DNA from: Balanoglossus misakiensis | Lineage: Eukaryota > Animalia > Hemichordata | Direction: 5' to 3' | Assembly (NCBI GenBank): GCA_040954595.2 | Contig: CM082581.2 | Location: forward strand, 11,530,286-11,594,285 | Length of the DNA stretch: 64,000 bases | Part shown: positions 21,455 to 36,100 of the stretch, in pieces | How the letters are laid out: each line of letters begins with the position of its first letter | Numbering within the stretch: the first letter of the stretch is position 1 | Program-made: the position numbers and the translations under genes | The notes under the pieces: generated by a model | The model's database searches: none | What the model saw: only the letters and a program-made list of their open reading frames with translations | Told to the model about the DNA's origin: nothing

Positions 21455-24400
21455 ATGTCTTTGGGCCGAGTTGATAGTCAGCGGAAATTCTACCTGCGGC
21501 AGTTCCATGACAGATCTCGGTTGGTTCTGTCGGAGTTAGAGAGGCAATATTTGCATGATGTTCTGCGGGAGTATCATAACTTCAAGGATGTGGCCTCTTT
21601 AGTGATCGCCCTTATGAACTGTCTGGATACACCCAGAAAACTGGACTTACTGAGAGAGATCAGGAACATCATACCTCAAGCTGATGTGATGGAGTTTGAT
21701 CGTCTTGCGCCTTATCACCGAATGGCACATCCATATGAGCAGCACTCGTCGTTTCGCAGCGTGCCTCAAAAAGGACATTACGCGACCTCACAGATGCGAC
21801 CCCAGTCCCCATCCCAGCCCAGACAGTCAAGGAGTACGACACCAACACCATCCCCCAGGGGAGGCGTCACTACACCAACACCATCCCCCAGGGGAGGCGT
21901 CATGACTGTTCACCGTTTGGCTCCACAGAAAGTAGAAGATCACAGAAAGCTGGCTTATCACGAGAGCCATTCTTCGGCGCAGGATTATCTTTCTGCTACA
22001 TTTCCTGGTAAGTCATTTTGAGATTTATAGTAAAAAAAACTTACGTATAGTGTTAATTTTTGATATCCATATATCTGATGTATAATTCAGAACCCTGGGT
22101 TCCAACTTTGGCCTCTCAAAAATAAGAGGTTGAGCTTGCAACTTTCAATCACAATAGAGATAAGTTAATGATATGGACAATTATGCACCAGGGTCACTGG
22201 GTTTCACTATATCAATATTGCATCTGTTGCCAGTTATTTTCTGTACACATGTTTCATTAATTGACTAAACAGCATTGCTGTGATCTAAAAATATATAGCA
22301 AAATATAAATTGGTAGAAGTGTATTGTATGTCCTCTTAGGAACAGTTACATACTGTACACAATCTTGGCTACTGTGATTAACAGTTGAGTCTTGTGTGTG
22401 AGTTTGAGTGTGTATGTACGTGCCATCGATATAATTTTATCCAATCTCATGTAATGTCACAGTTTGTCTAATGCTATGCATAAATGGGGTGACAGCAGTG
22501 TACATTCTGCATACACTTACCCAACAGAAACATGTACACATCTGGTATTATTGTTTTATTCAGTTCTTGCCACTTTGGATGTTTTCAAAGACCTCCACTA
22601 TTATTGGAAGGGATTTAAATAATATATCCACATAATGTTTCAGTTCAGCAAAAACATTCTTTTTTTCACATTAAGTAATAAAATGGGTAATTTTACTCAA
22701 AAAGATTAAATCTCATTTTCCTTCAAGCTGCAAACGAAAAAGATAAAACCAAACCTAAAAAGAAAACTAGATTTACAAATGACATAATTGAATCATCAAA
22801 GGGTAGCAATAGTAAGTATCAGGTACATAGGATATTAATAGTTGTGGTGGTATATTTCAGTGATTTTGTTTGTTAACTGGTGCGGTATTGTGATTTTGTT
22901 AAGGTATCATTGAGCGAGAAGTCAGGCATTTCTTTTCATGTCTTTGCATGCATTATATTCTTTCTATAAGTCTTGACCTTGTATTGTATTTACAGCTTAG
23001 TAAACCTTTCGACGCAAATGAAATGTTTTATTGAAAACCTCTTCAAGGTAACCTTTCCCTTGAAGCTGCTATATTGTAACTTGCATTTTGGATAATATAT
23101 GCTACATGTATGTACTTGCTTGTGTATAAAGAGTCATGCTTCCCCGCACACGCCGCTTTCATTCCATTGTATGAGAATCAACGGTCAGTGTGTTGACAGT
23201 TGTAAATAGTCAATGCAAAGTGGAAGGTAACAAGTCCCAGTGGATTTCACTGGTTGCACATCCATTCCTTTGCATGCCATCCGTCTTGAACCCTTTCACC
23301 CCGATTTCTCCCTTTAGAGGTCCAACCTTACCATAGAAAACAATGAGTTTGGACTGAACCATGGTGGTATAAAAGGGATACTTATTGGCTGTGTTTTGAT
23401 TGAAAGACACATCATTTCATAGTGATCAAACTGTCTCACTGTCATTGGGCAAATATGTAATAGTTTCTTGCATTATCTTATCAATTTAGATAACATCAAT
23501 AAATCTTCGATATTCTGATCCACAGGTGCCAACCATAATGGATATACACAAGAAGGGACATTACATGTCATCACCATCAATAAAGATGATGATAATCTTG
23601 GATTTAGTATACGTGGTGGTTCTGAGCATGGACTTGGAATATTTGTCAGTCAAATAGATGAAGACTCAGTGGCTGGTAAGTGGCAGGCATCTAAGCTTAC
23701 TGGTTGGGTTATTCTAATCCCATAACTTCCATTATTTTCATTCCGAAGTGTTGTATGAACAGTGTTTTTGTAAAGCATGGTAGAGCAGTTTTGTAATGGT
23801 CTATGATAAATACATGTACCATAACTATCACTCTTTGGTTCACAGATCGCAGTGAGTTAGAAGTCGGTGACCAAATTCTTGAAGTCAACAGTGTGACTTT
23901 TGACAATGTTGCTACAAGCAGTGCTGTTATGGTCTTACAAGGAAGCAGTAGACTGAGAATGATCGTCAGACGTACAGGAAAAGTGCCTGGCTTCAAAGTT
24001 GCAAAAGAGAAAACATCATGGTAAGTAGGGGCATGCAATAGACTGCAGGGATCTTTGATGCCAAGGTTGTGATATTTTACAGCTGATATCCAACACTAAC
24101 AATGATATAATATAATTGCATCACTTCTCATATGTCCTACTGACTTCAGCAACTTTTTTATCAATCCCCAGGTACGACACATTGAAGCGAACCATCGTCA
24201 AAGATCGCAAAGTGGATGAAAATGATCCACCGAACACAAATCGAAGCGAAATGCATATTCTGAGTGGCACCGATGAAAGAAGGGTGACGCTGCATGTAGG
24301 GGAAAATCAAAAGCTTGGGTTAAATATTAGAGGTGGAGCTGAATATGGCCTTGGAATATATGTATCGAGGTAATTATAATGAGTTGTCAAGGAGAGCTTT

Positions 24401-27400
24401 ATGATTTTATAGTTCTACTCAAGTTCTACATAACCAGGACTGTATTATAAACACACAAATTGTTTCATTGACAGAGTTGATCGAGGTGGTCCTGCAGAAG
24501 CAAGTGGCATCAGGGTGGGTGATCTTCTTCTGGATGTCAATGGTAAAAATTTCCAAAATATTTCACATGGTGAAGCAGTGGATTTCCTACGAAGACAAAA
24601 ACACTTGATTTTGACCATAAAAGATGTCAATAAGTACCCAGCCTACAAAGAGATGATTGCTGAGTATAGTTGGTCAGATGGGGAGCATCAAAGAATAAGA
24701 GTTTTAAGTGAGTACATGTTACAGTTCCTATGATATGACTGGGACTTTTTCTCTCATTTCCAAAGCTTTTTAATTTGAAGTTTCATTGGATATACAAAAT
24801 TGAAATGTATTCATTCGAATAGGTGGAATAGATCTTTAACTTTTCTAGAGCAAGTTTTAATGAAAATAAAGATGTGTGATATTTTAAACCACAATATCTT
24901 TTTTCCTCCCACCAAGGATCAAATACAGCTCCTCCAACTGTAAACCATTCCTGGCAATCCACAAATGGCCCATCTGATGCCATCCCTACAGACATGGTCA
25001 ATAGCTACTCTCAAATCTTAGCTCAAGATGGTGCAATCACACCAACTGTTGCAGAGACAACTCTACAGGCAGCACCAAGAAGAGTAGAATCACAGGTAAA
25101 GCAAAAACCTTATCCTGCGACTAGAAAATCTCAGCCATATTGTTTGTACCATATCTTTGTCTGAACCACAGTCACTTTAGACAATATGCTTGATTTCAAA
25201 GAAATCAGATAATAGGTCAGTTTCATGGTACTGTTAAATAATTGTGTGTCTCGAAAATAATTTATGTACTTGTTTGTTTCTGTAGAGCTACACAATTGAC
25301 CCAAACTTGGAAATACCACCCGAAAAATCGCAAAGCAAGAAGTCTTCCATTGGTATTCTTACAGTCCTCAAAGGAAACAAATCACAAATGTCCAGATCAC
25401 AGAGTTTAAATATTAAATACAATCCCGAAGGTAAGATTATTATAAGACAGTTGGTGTACTTTGGCAATGTATCAATTTTGTTATAGCCCCTGTAGAAGAA
25501 TGTTTCTTTGGGGGTCTATGGTTTGTGTAGTGCAAGCAGTGTGTGAGTCTATTCTACTGGAGGAGTGTTGTGTGCAAAGAAAATGAGAATGTACCAATGG
25601 AACAACTTATGTACTATAGATATGTATCTGAGAAAATGATTGTCAGTGTTGTAAAATAGTGTACAGTCCAGCTTGTCTCATGTGGGTTGTTGAAACCAGG
25701 TGTCTGTTGTGTTTGTTATGTATAAATGTAATATGCAGTTCATATGTTACATGTAACATGATACTAGATATGTTTTGATGTTGTGGAGTGTCCACTGAAA
25801 TAATACTGTAGATGCACGTTTGTCAACTGTCACTTTGTTGTGATGTTCGATTTTTCTGCTATGCCTTTTAATGACTCTTTCCTGTGTTGTTGGTATGTTG
25901 CACATTGTCCTGTCTTTATTTTCATGATATCTGTGGATTTTTTCACATCACAGATCACCTATTGCACTCTCACTTTCTGTTTTATATGTCACTGCATATT
26001 GATATTACACACAACATTTTGTCTTGCCTAAATTAGCTCCAGCCTTTTTGCAGTGTTCCCAAATGCTCACTATTCCCAGCTGTTCCCTCTGCCAACCCGT
26101 CATCACTCATTGGAGATTAATTTCTTTCTGCATATCTCTAATGTTGGTGTCAGAATTTAAACAAAAGTTAGTATGGTTCCTTTTGTGCTGTTTATAATGT
26201 CAGGCAAAACTTTATTTCAGCAAGTTGGTGCCGGTATTCACCACTTTTGAAAATTCCTGTATTGGATGACACATCCCAAAAGCCAAAACATGAAAATTCT
26301 ATACACTGTACATATGCAATTAACAATGACATCCCCTGGAATTCACAACATCAAAATTGAAAAAAGATGAACCTGTATGACAATAGAAAATCATCAAATT
26401 TCCCTTTTCATGATTCTTAATAATGATAATGATTGCATTTATTTATCTGTGTATCTACTTGTAAATATCTCCATTCATCCCATATAAAATAATGCATGTT
26501 CTTTAGTATTTTTTCATGTCTTTTTTTTTGGTGAACATTTCATGGTTGGCCTTGTTTTTTGGCTTGCATGTTGCTTTGCAAGATTTATATTGAAGAATCA
26601 AAGATTGATCATCTATTGGCCAATCCCTTCCCCAGTCCTAAAACAAATCTACGCTTACTCATTACATACATAGATCTAGAAGCAAAACAATTTTATAACG
26701 ATGAGAAGAAAGGAAAGAAAGTGAAACGATCTCGCTCCATCAAAGACATATTGTTCCGTGGCAGATCAAAAGATAAAACTGAGAAAAGCAAAACTGGATC
26801 TCAAGGTAAACAAGAATCCCTGCAGAGATCATGTTCCCAATTTTTGCTTGCAATTTTTGCTCTTTATTCTCTTCTATATCTCCATTCTAACATCAGTAAC
26901 CCATTACAAGAATTTTGCCAAGGTAAGAGTGTGAACTAACATAACACAAACTAAAATTTCAAGTTTTCACCCATAACCATGGTAACTCAGCTGGTGTTCT
27001 GATAGTTTGGTATATAAGGTAATCTCTCCTTTTTTTTGCTTTCTACCTTCAAAACAAGCAGAAACAGAATCAAGAGTTTGTAAATGACACACATCACTCA
27101 GTATTGCTCTGTTTTACCCTGTGTGAATGTGAGCATGACGTGTTGGTTTGCAGTTTACTTGGTTTTATGATTTTGGAAATCATGTTTCCATGGTAATGAG
27201 TTAGACAGGTAGAGCATCATGGTGCATCAGAACTATGATGTGGAAATCATGTTTTTTTATCATTTTCATATCATGTCAGTTTTATTATTCTATGGAGTGG
27301 ATGGTTATCATTTTGTAAAACAAACAGCACCTGTTATCCCGTAAAGCTCTGTTTGGATTGTACAGTAACTTGGGGAAGTACACTACTATTAAACAGGCAT

Positions 27401-30400
27401 TCATTACTTCATGGCACAATGTTATTTCTGCTGATACAAGATGTTATTATATTCATTCTACAAACTTAAAATTGATAATAGTTCTACTGTTCATTGATCT
27501 AGGTACGAGTTCAACTAAACCCAAAACAAGGCTGGGATTGGGTAGTTTTCTGACTTCAAAACAAAGCAGCAAATCACCACCCCCTGAGGAAGCCATTTCC
27601 AGGGAAACTGAGATGATAACTCAGCAGATTGTTGACACTACTCATAGCATGCCGCCATCTTCCAATGGAGTAAGCATGGCCCATCAGGTACAGCATGTAC
27701 CAAGGATTGTGGTTAGAGAACCGAGTGGTGAAGCAAGATTAGTTGAAGAGGAAACAAAAAGAGTCCGACAGGAGAAATCTGGTAAGAGATTGTATCAATC
27801 CCTTCTTGAGGTGCAAATGTACACAGCCAAGAAATTTCACCCATGTTATGGGCCCTATGCAGGTCGTGATACAACCCTCGTAGTACAGTCTGTGTCAGCA
27901 ATTTTTTTATATTTTAATGATGATTGAGTTAATTATGACTTTCAATCGTGAGATTTAATTCTTGTAGCATTCCAGGATACATATGGAAGCATTGGAAAGA
28001 AGAGGGGTGTGTTTATTCATGGGGCCGGCACTCAAATCATGTTGCAATCAACCTCGAGACAACACTCATTGCCAGCGATAGAAAGTGCAGCCAGGAAATA
28101 TGTTAACAATGAAGATGAAGTCAATGCCATCATGAGACATGTCAAAAGAGTGAGTGGAAATTAACAGGCCACTTTCATGACCCTTTCCTTTGAAAGCATA
28201 TACATGTATGTATAAAGATGCGAATGGTAATGTTTACAATTCTCATTAATTTACAGTATATGAATGAGGGTGACATTGAAATGCTGGTTCGTCCATTATT
28301 GGCAATACTGGACAAACCAAAGAAAATCATCGTGCTCAAAGAAATCAGGTGAGATTAAGATATTTTAAAAATGATTTATCTTAAATATGACTTCTTTTTC
28401 TTGATCTGAAAAGGTGAAGGTGGTGACAGAACATCTGTGCAAACGCAGTCAGTTTCCTGACTGATTACCGAATGAAATGTTATATGGCACGGGAGACTGA
28501 ACTTGGTCTTTCTGTTAATTATTGTGTATTGATAGATGTGTGATATTGCCCACGGATATTGGTCGATTTGATAGTATGGTATCCCGCACAGAAGTGGAAG
28601 CTTATGATGAACTCCAAGTATCTACAGGTATGCATTGAGGAATTGTTATCATGTATCTATCTTTTACCTAATGTAGGATCTCTACTTCAATATTAATATG
28701 ATTTTGAAGGCTTGTTCAAATGTCCTGCAAATGTTTTCGGTCAGAATTACTCAGTTTGTCTTTGACGCTGTTTTTCTCAATTTAAACCTGAATGGATTTA
28801 TCTCTTGTAGTGTTTTGGAAATACGACCATGTAAAGGGAAAGCCAATAGAGAAAGTATATGAGAAAGGTGATAGTTGAATTATAAATTGGAATCAGTGAA
28901 ACAGGATAAGGTTTTCCTTGGCATGATTATAAGGAATGCTGTGCATGGAATATCTAGAACAGTGTCCACATTTGCTTATACCATTTTTGTCATAAACTCA
29001 GAATCTTTAAGCATTCCACAAAGTTGTCAGATGGGTGATGGTTCTGCATTGTCAATTGATTTGGCTTTCAAAGTCTTTTGTAAGGTATTCTGTCACAGCT
29101 CTTTGCCATTTGATGTTGGTTTTTTTTTCTTCAAGTTTTATGACATACTGGGTAATTATTTGAATGGCATCGTTCTTATTCAAACACTGCTTGTATTCAA
29201 ACAGATCCATCAGTGGTACAGCGTGAACAACTCTTGCAGAAAGCTGATAACCCTCCCAAGAAAACATTGCTGGCCACAAAACCAGGTATAGCAATCTCTT
29301 AAATGTCAATGCAGGAATTCAAAATTTGCCAAGGATTCTTACAGGGATATTTTGCAATCTGACACTGGTTTGCAGTAATGAAAAGTCTAATCATGTACAT
29401 GGCACTTACTCTTTTTTGTTGTTATCCCAATGCAGGGATGAAAGGAGACTTTAGTCTGAAAACTCAAGAGCAGTTTGAGAGAGAAAGAAGGCAAAAAGAT
29501 GAGCTTGAAAGACTGAAAAAAGAGAGGCAGTTGGAGGTCAAGAAAAAGAAAGAAATGGTTACTGAAGATTCAGTAAAACCCCTTGAATACAGTCACATTC
29601 CTGTTGTAGGACCACCACCTGTTGCAAGCACACCGAACGGTACTTCCCAGGTGGAAAGAGTGGCATCGGAAACCGGGAATGAGGAGAATTCCGGCATTGT
29701 GTTGATTAGAGTGACAGACCAGTCGGAATATGCGGATATCAGTCCACTCAGTCCGGAAGCACGAATAGAATTGTCGGCCAATCAGGTAACAGAAGCATTT
29801 GCCAATCAGGATGTAGAGATTGCTGTCAATCAAATAGGACAAGTGGGCATGTCTGATGATGATGGTGAAATAGACTCTGATGTCGATTCCTGTGATAGTA
29901 ATGGCAGCCGTAGTGGCATTTATCACATAAATGCTCAAGAGGATGGAAGTGATAATGACAGTGAAGTTGTTGCGGATGAGTTAGCGTTAACAACGGGTGA
30001 AGACCATGATCTTGTTGTCACATCTGTGTCATCATCCATGGGCAATTATTCATCTCCACCCATCTCACCTGCTTCATTAGCCAATGAGAGTTCAATGTCC
30101 ATCAATCTGCCAAGCTCATCTGATTCATCAGCCAATCACAGCCCAACTGCAGTAATGTCATCACCAGCAGCAGCCAGTGACAGCGCAGATAATGTCACAG
30201 ATCTCTATGCAAAAGTAGATTTCACCAAAAAGAAGCCAAAGTCATCATCCAAGGTCATCTCCAAAGTAGTTCATGATGGTGACATTTCACCACCCCCAAC
30301 TCCACCTAGAAATGCCAAGGGTATTCTGTGAGTACTTGATTCCATTTCTTTGTAATCAGTAATCAATCATTGTTAATGTCATTACCATTATCATTGCTGC

Positions 30401-31416
30401 TGGTGTTTTAATGTCATTGATGACTGATCAGATGACAAAGAACATGAAAATGGAGAATCTTTTCTGATACTTAAAATATACATTTGTCTTTATACTCCAC
30501 AGGAAAAACAAAGATGAAATGTCACTGAGTTATGAAGACCCATCCCCTCTGACAGAAATCATGGAAAACATAGACACCAGACCAAGATCCCCACAATCTC
30601 CAGATACGACATCACAGCCAGCTGTGATTCAGTCAAGTGAAGCCACGTCAAAACCACTGAGCAGAACAACAGAAGTGGAGAAGACCGTGCCATCAAAGCC
30701 TGCTGCAAGTGAGAGTGTATATGAAACAGTGGAACCTCTGGTATCAACTTCTGAAATAACTGTGCAGTTGAAGAAAACCAAATCCTCCCTTGGTCAGTTG
30801 CGAGATTAATCATATTTCTTACAGCCACAGAATGAACATGTTTGTAGTGTGTATAAAGCAGTAAACTTCCTGTTTTGTATGTTTTATTAAATTCATTTGA
30901 ATCTGGTATTTTTCAGTACTTGAAGTTAATCAGATGATGTATGTAAACTGGAATGTTTGTGTTCATGTTTTGACAGGAATGAGTATATCTGGCGGGAGAG
31001 ACTCGAAAACCCAACCTACTGTGAAGATAGAAAGAGTGTTTGCTGGTGGTTCTGCTGCAGAGAATGGTACCCTTAAGGTTGGTACATACTTCTATAAAAA
31101 GCATGTCAGGAAATTGATCAAAAGGGAATATGAACTACATGTACTAGAAGCTCCATTCAACTTTGAGAATTAACAAGGATTTATTTTAAGTTTTGAATGT
31201 GATACTGATATCAATTAGATTTCAAATTTCTCTCTCCCAAACTAAAGTGTAATGAAAATGGAATTTTCTGTTTGACAGGCTGGGTATGAGATTGTATCTG
31301 TTGAAGGGCAATCTCTGAAAGGCGCTTCTCATCCAGAAGCTGTGGACATTATCCGAAGAGCCTACCAAAACAAGAAGACGACCACAATGACAATGGTTGT
31401 CCTGCCAACCAGCTGA
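21455..31416 (+). CDS. PDZD7: PDZD7 orthologue (HHD-PDZ1-PDZ2-HHD-PDZ3). Exons approx: 21455-22007, 23526-23675, 23846-24020, 24172-24369, 24475-24707, 24917-25095, 25287-25430, 26673-26805, 27503-27781, 27968-28149, 28257-28348, 28536-28627, 29436-30320, 30503-30792, 30978-31077, 31279-31416
   Basis: [73 protein letters not shown] and [34 protein letters not shown] match PDZD7-specific PDZ flanks better than whirlin. Confidence 0.88.
21836..21902 (+). repeat. 33-bp in-frame tandem duplication (TTPTPSPRGGV x2) in PDZD7 exon
   Basis: acaccaacaccatcccccaggggaggcgtca occurs at 21839 and 21872. Confidence 0.9.
23289..23380 (-). mobile_element. ~90-bp piggyBac-like MITE, copy 1
   Basis: CCCTTT...AAAGGG termini. 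The reverse complement aligns by eye with the 36560-36650 copy (gtccaaa..cattgtttt..gttggacct..ggtgaaagggtt). Confidence 0.65.
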
Positions 31417-33153
31417 TAAGAAACCCAAGGATGGTGAAGAATTGTCACATTCCAAAATAACAAGATCAGTTGGGATATCTACTAATCAAAAAGTACTAAC
31501 TAAAATTAACCATATATTTATTTATTGAAACATACATTCATTTAGTACTACATGTATACTATTGCCATCTCTTATATCAAAGATATATGCTGGGTTTTTT
31601 TCATGCATTAAAAGTACACACAGATACATCACATGCATTATCACAAAGACATCACATACAATGATATGGTATACTTTAATATCACAGAGACATTTAACTG
31701 ATTATTACATACTCTTTTGTGCTATGTTGTTTCAGTGAAATCATGAAAAAGGCTACATGTAAACTGTCATGAAGGATTCTTTTAAATCAAAATTTTTGTT
31801 GTCAGCTTGACTGTAATTCCTGCCAATCTTTTATAGATATTTGTGGTCCTATTGAGATGAGCTCAATGTAACCTTCTCAAAAGAAACTCCCAAAGATCCT
31901 ATAGGTCACTGGGAGGTCAGGGTGCAAAGGTTATGAGAGCCTCAGACTTCTGTTCCTCGTCTAGTGAGTCAGAGAGTCTGTTTCACATCACAAAATATCC
32001 GTTATCACGTGTAGTTTACAACAGTTATACATTCTAAAAATAAATCATTCTGACATATATACTGGTACTTCTGCAATGTGTTATATAATTTTTAAGTGAA
32101 CTTTTGTTTAAAATGTCTGCCAATTGTAATGGTCTTTGCAATAATGGTTGGGATATGTTAAGGTTACTATGACAGAGAATCTAATATAATGTTTGGAGAA
32201 AAGAAGTGATTGAAGATATTGTGCTTTGTAAAGGGTTTTATGTAAATGTATAGAAAATTGACTGTATTTTTTATAACCAAGAAATGTAAATACTTTTTCA
32301 AGGTTAATGGCAGGTAGTGTCTGTATATATTGGTGTGTGAAAAATCTTAAAATCGATGTATTGCTGGAAAATTTTACTTGGCATCACTCTTTTATTTGCA
32401 AATTCTCGGATTTATGTTGTTGTTTTTTAAGAGAAATATCAAAATGTCAGATGCAGTAAATGTAATCATTTTGTATTGACAATTTTTGCTCCAAGCATTT
32501 CAATATTATTGTTTTGTTTTTTTACTTTCATCACATAATTTAAGCAACTGATTTTATAATTATTAAGATATGCATTCCTGTTTTGAATGCAGCTTACATG
32601 TTCTATTGTCTTCATCAGACCAGTATGCTTATCTAATCCATCCACTAATAACATGATGACTTTCACGTAACATGTTGTATGTTATGGAACAAACATCTCA
32701 CATTTGTAGAGATGAAGTGATTATATGCTGCTGTGTCATCTTAATAATATATGTCTATTTGTTTTGATAATTTTTTTGCGAGCATCAACTATTTTGGTGT
32801 TGTATTCACCAATAAAACAATTGATTAAAAAATTCCTGGTTATGATGGAAACTCCACACTGGAGGCGCTATAGAGCACATGTTCTGGAAATGCTGCTAAA
32901 TTTTGCTTTCAGGTCAGTTAGCAATCAAATCATAGATGAATCAAACTGATGTACAGGTTCTCATAATAGCGCTCACCAAACGAGTCAATGTTTCAACTTC
33001 CATTCAATGATAAACAGCACAGAAAACAGTCAAGTATTTGAGCAAGACTTCTTTATTTTATTCAGGTGAAAGCAATAGTTGCCCAAAAGTGGCACTATGT
33101 CTTATTCCATTATTGCTACATTGTTACATTTACACAAATGGGCGGTAAAAGTC

Positions 33154-36100
33154 TTACTTCTTCCATGACCTTTTACCCCTACCTCTGCCCCTCCTCCAAC
33201 TTTTCCCCTTTCCCCTCCCTCTACCGGAACCCCCTCGTCCTCTACCCCCTCGTCCAGATGTTGACCACACTGCACCTCTGGCCGATGAAACACTTCGAGG
33301 AGTAGATCGTCTGGATTTTGGTCTGTCCCGAAACTGATTTTTATAGTCTATGTAACTGTCTTTTTGAAGAGATATTCCACGGAATGCTTTTATTGGGGAG
33401 TCGCTTATTTGACTCCAGTCAACTTCAGTCCCGCTTTCGTCGCCATCTTCTTCATCCTCTGCATCATCATCATCACCATCATCTTCATAATCATCTGCAG
33501 TCATGTTAGCGCCATGTTTACCATCAGCATCCCTATCGATGTCACTGTCATCCTCAATCTTAACTTCAGAGTCATTTTCGGAGCTGTAGACAACAAATGA
33601 GAAAAAAAGTATGAAAAAGTCATCAACCTTGAATCTGCTTTTCACTCAAATAGCATGTAAAACTATCAACAATACACTAGCACACACTGGTAAGTTCAAT
33701 TGAACAAAGTACACTTACAATAAATGCTTTTCGTCAATTTCTGCTTGTACATGCTGGCTATACTCAGATCTGGCAACAAGTTTGTGACAAAGAAAACATT
33801 CTTCAAAGTCCACACTTTCTTTGTCTCTGGTGATATAAGTGAGAATGATAACATGGAAGTATGAGGCTATCAGCAATATCATAACAAAGTCTGCAATAAT
33901 GAGTGAACTCTAAACGCAAAGTGATACACTGTGTTTTATGAAAGATAACTAACCGGTTATTACAAACTGTGGAAACATTGTCCTCCTGAGTTCGCCCTTG
34001 AAAGATTCTGTGTCTTTGTTGCCTTTTCGTCATTTTCGTCTCTGTGACCTGAATCACTCCCTGGTTTAGAATATCTGTCATGGCATCTTCTTCCGTATCT
34101 TCTTGTGAATTACTGAAGACAATAGAAAAGAGCAATTACTATGAAATATGAGCAAAATTAGACAAGTTGTGTCCCCACAAATTGAAGATTTTTGTTGTTT
34201 TTAGTTTGTATGTTAGTGTTCTGGGAAATGAAGAAGAACTTACATATTGTGTTTCTTCATAATCTTGGAAACTGGTGACTCTTCCTCACTATCAGAGTCT
34301 GAAAAAAATCATGTGCATTAATAATTAAGGCGGCAATAATGACATTAAGCCTTTCTGGGAATCAATCATATAAAGTGGGCTGCATAGGCATCCTTCTGAA
34401 AGATTAATACAAGGTTCTTACCAACAATGACCCTTAATTTTCTCTTCTTTGCATTGACCTTTTCAGTCTTCTCTTTTACAATAGATTCATTTGCCGATCT
34501 ACCATTGGTAGAAGTACTTGCTATACTTGGTCTATTCCTGTAGAATATCACAAAGTATTCAGAAGTAGGCATTTATATTTGAGCATAAAAATTTAAATCT
34601 AGAACTATTGTTTTCATTCCAAACTAACTTGACCTAATACCACTTACTCCTCAGCTGCTGTTGATGTTGAAGGCAAAGGCTCGACACTAGCAACACTGTT
34701 AGAATCTACTTGTTCAAGCTTCTGGGATGAGAAAAATCTGTGATTCTTGGTTGTGTCTCTATCTGTAATGGAAAGAAACATACAGAAAAGTTATTGTCAA
34801 AACTCAAAGAGAATGCAAGTTTGTCAGAAACCTTATTTATGATTCTAAGCCCTGTTCTCCCTTAGAATTGTGCATAGAAGTGACTCCATCATGAAACTGT
34901 ACAGGGTCTAACAACACTTACCTTTCCTGGTTGTTTTCTCTGGAACTGTGCCATCACAGTCGGCAGCATGTACTTCAATATCACTCCATGGAAAGAACTC
35001 ACCACACAGAGGACAATGGGTACCCTTAGAAAAAAAAGAAACAAGCGATCAGTTGGTTTAGAGAGGCAAGCAAACAAACAGGGCAGCCGGCTGGTTAAAA
35101 CAGAGCAGATAAGAAATAAATTTCTTTAGTTCATTGTACATTGTACATTTCATGCCATTAATTTACAAAGAAACGGGAGAAAAGTTGCACCAGCTCATGA
35201 GACTTGAACCTAAGAATACTTGTCATCATATTGTTTACCTCCTGCACACTTTCTTCCAGTTCCAACTTCATTTCTAAAGTATGATCGTCTCCACTGTCAC
35301 TCCTACCATCGTCACCACCATCATCATCATCAGCAGCAGCATCAGATGAAACAGTCTCTGCATCAGCAATATTTTCATTTTCTGTTGGATTTTTGCATAT
35401 TTCTGAAGTTACTTTTACATCTTCTTCTGTGATTATCTGTTCATTCTCCTTTATTAGGTTATGTCTCACATAGTATGTATATCTGGCCTCCTCATATAGG
35501 ACTTTAATTTTGTCATAGTCAAAGTTGATCTCACCAGAGTCCACACTGGCACACTTGTCAACTGTGGTTGTTGATACAGCCATCAGGTCTGGCATTTGAC
35601 TGGTGGATTTTTCCTTCTGATTTTGATTTGCTGAGGTGGTTGTTTCCGTTAAACCAGGCGGTGGAATGTTTTTGCTGACGTCATCCTTTGCAGACACATT
35701 CCTGTTCTTCTGAGATTTTCTATCATCAGGAATGACGGCAGTGGCACTTTGAGATGTAACCTGTGTCTCATCATCATCATCATCATCATTGTCATTTTCA
35801 AATAAATTGTCATCTGATTGGATAACCTCTATATTTACTTCTGCCTGGGATGATTCTTTCCCTGTTGACGACTTCCCCAATCCAACAGATGACAAAATTT
35901 GATTCACAGATGGACTTTTCTTGGAACTGCTAGAGGAATCCTCTAAGTCAATGATTGGCTCAGCGACAACTGATTGATTGGATTTCTGACTGGATCCACC
36001 ATTTTGACCTCGGTGATCACCAACAATCTTCAGAGGCTGCAATTCATCAGAATCCGCAGAATCAACCAATTCAAATTGATTTTCAATACGCCTTGAAACT

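Noticed and set aside
21455-31416. Whirlin (WHRN) as the gene identity
   Set aside because: The architecture fits, but the PDZ-flanking motifs ([35 protein letters not shown]) are PDZD7-type.
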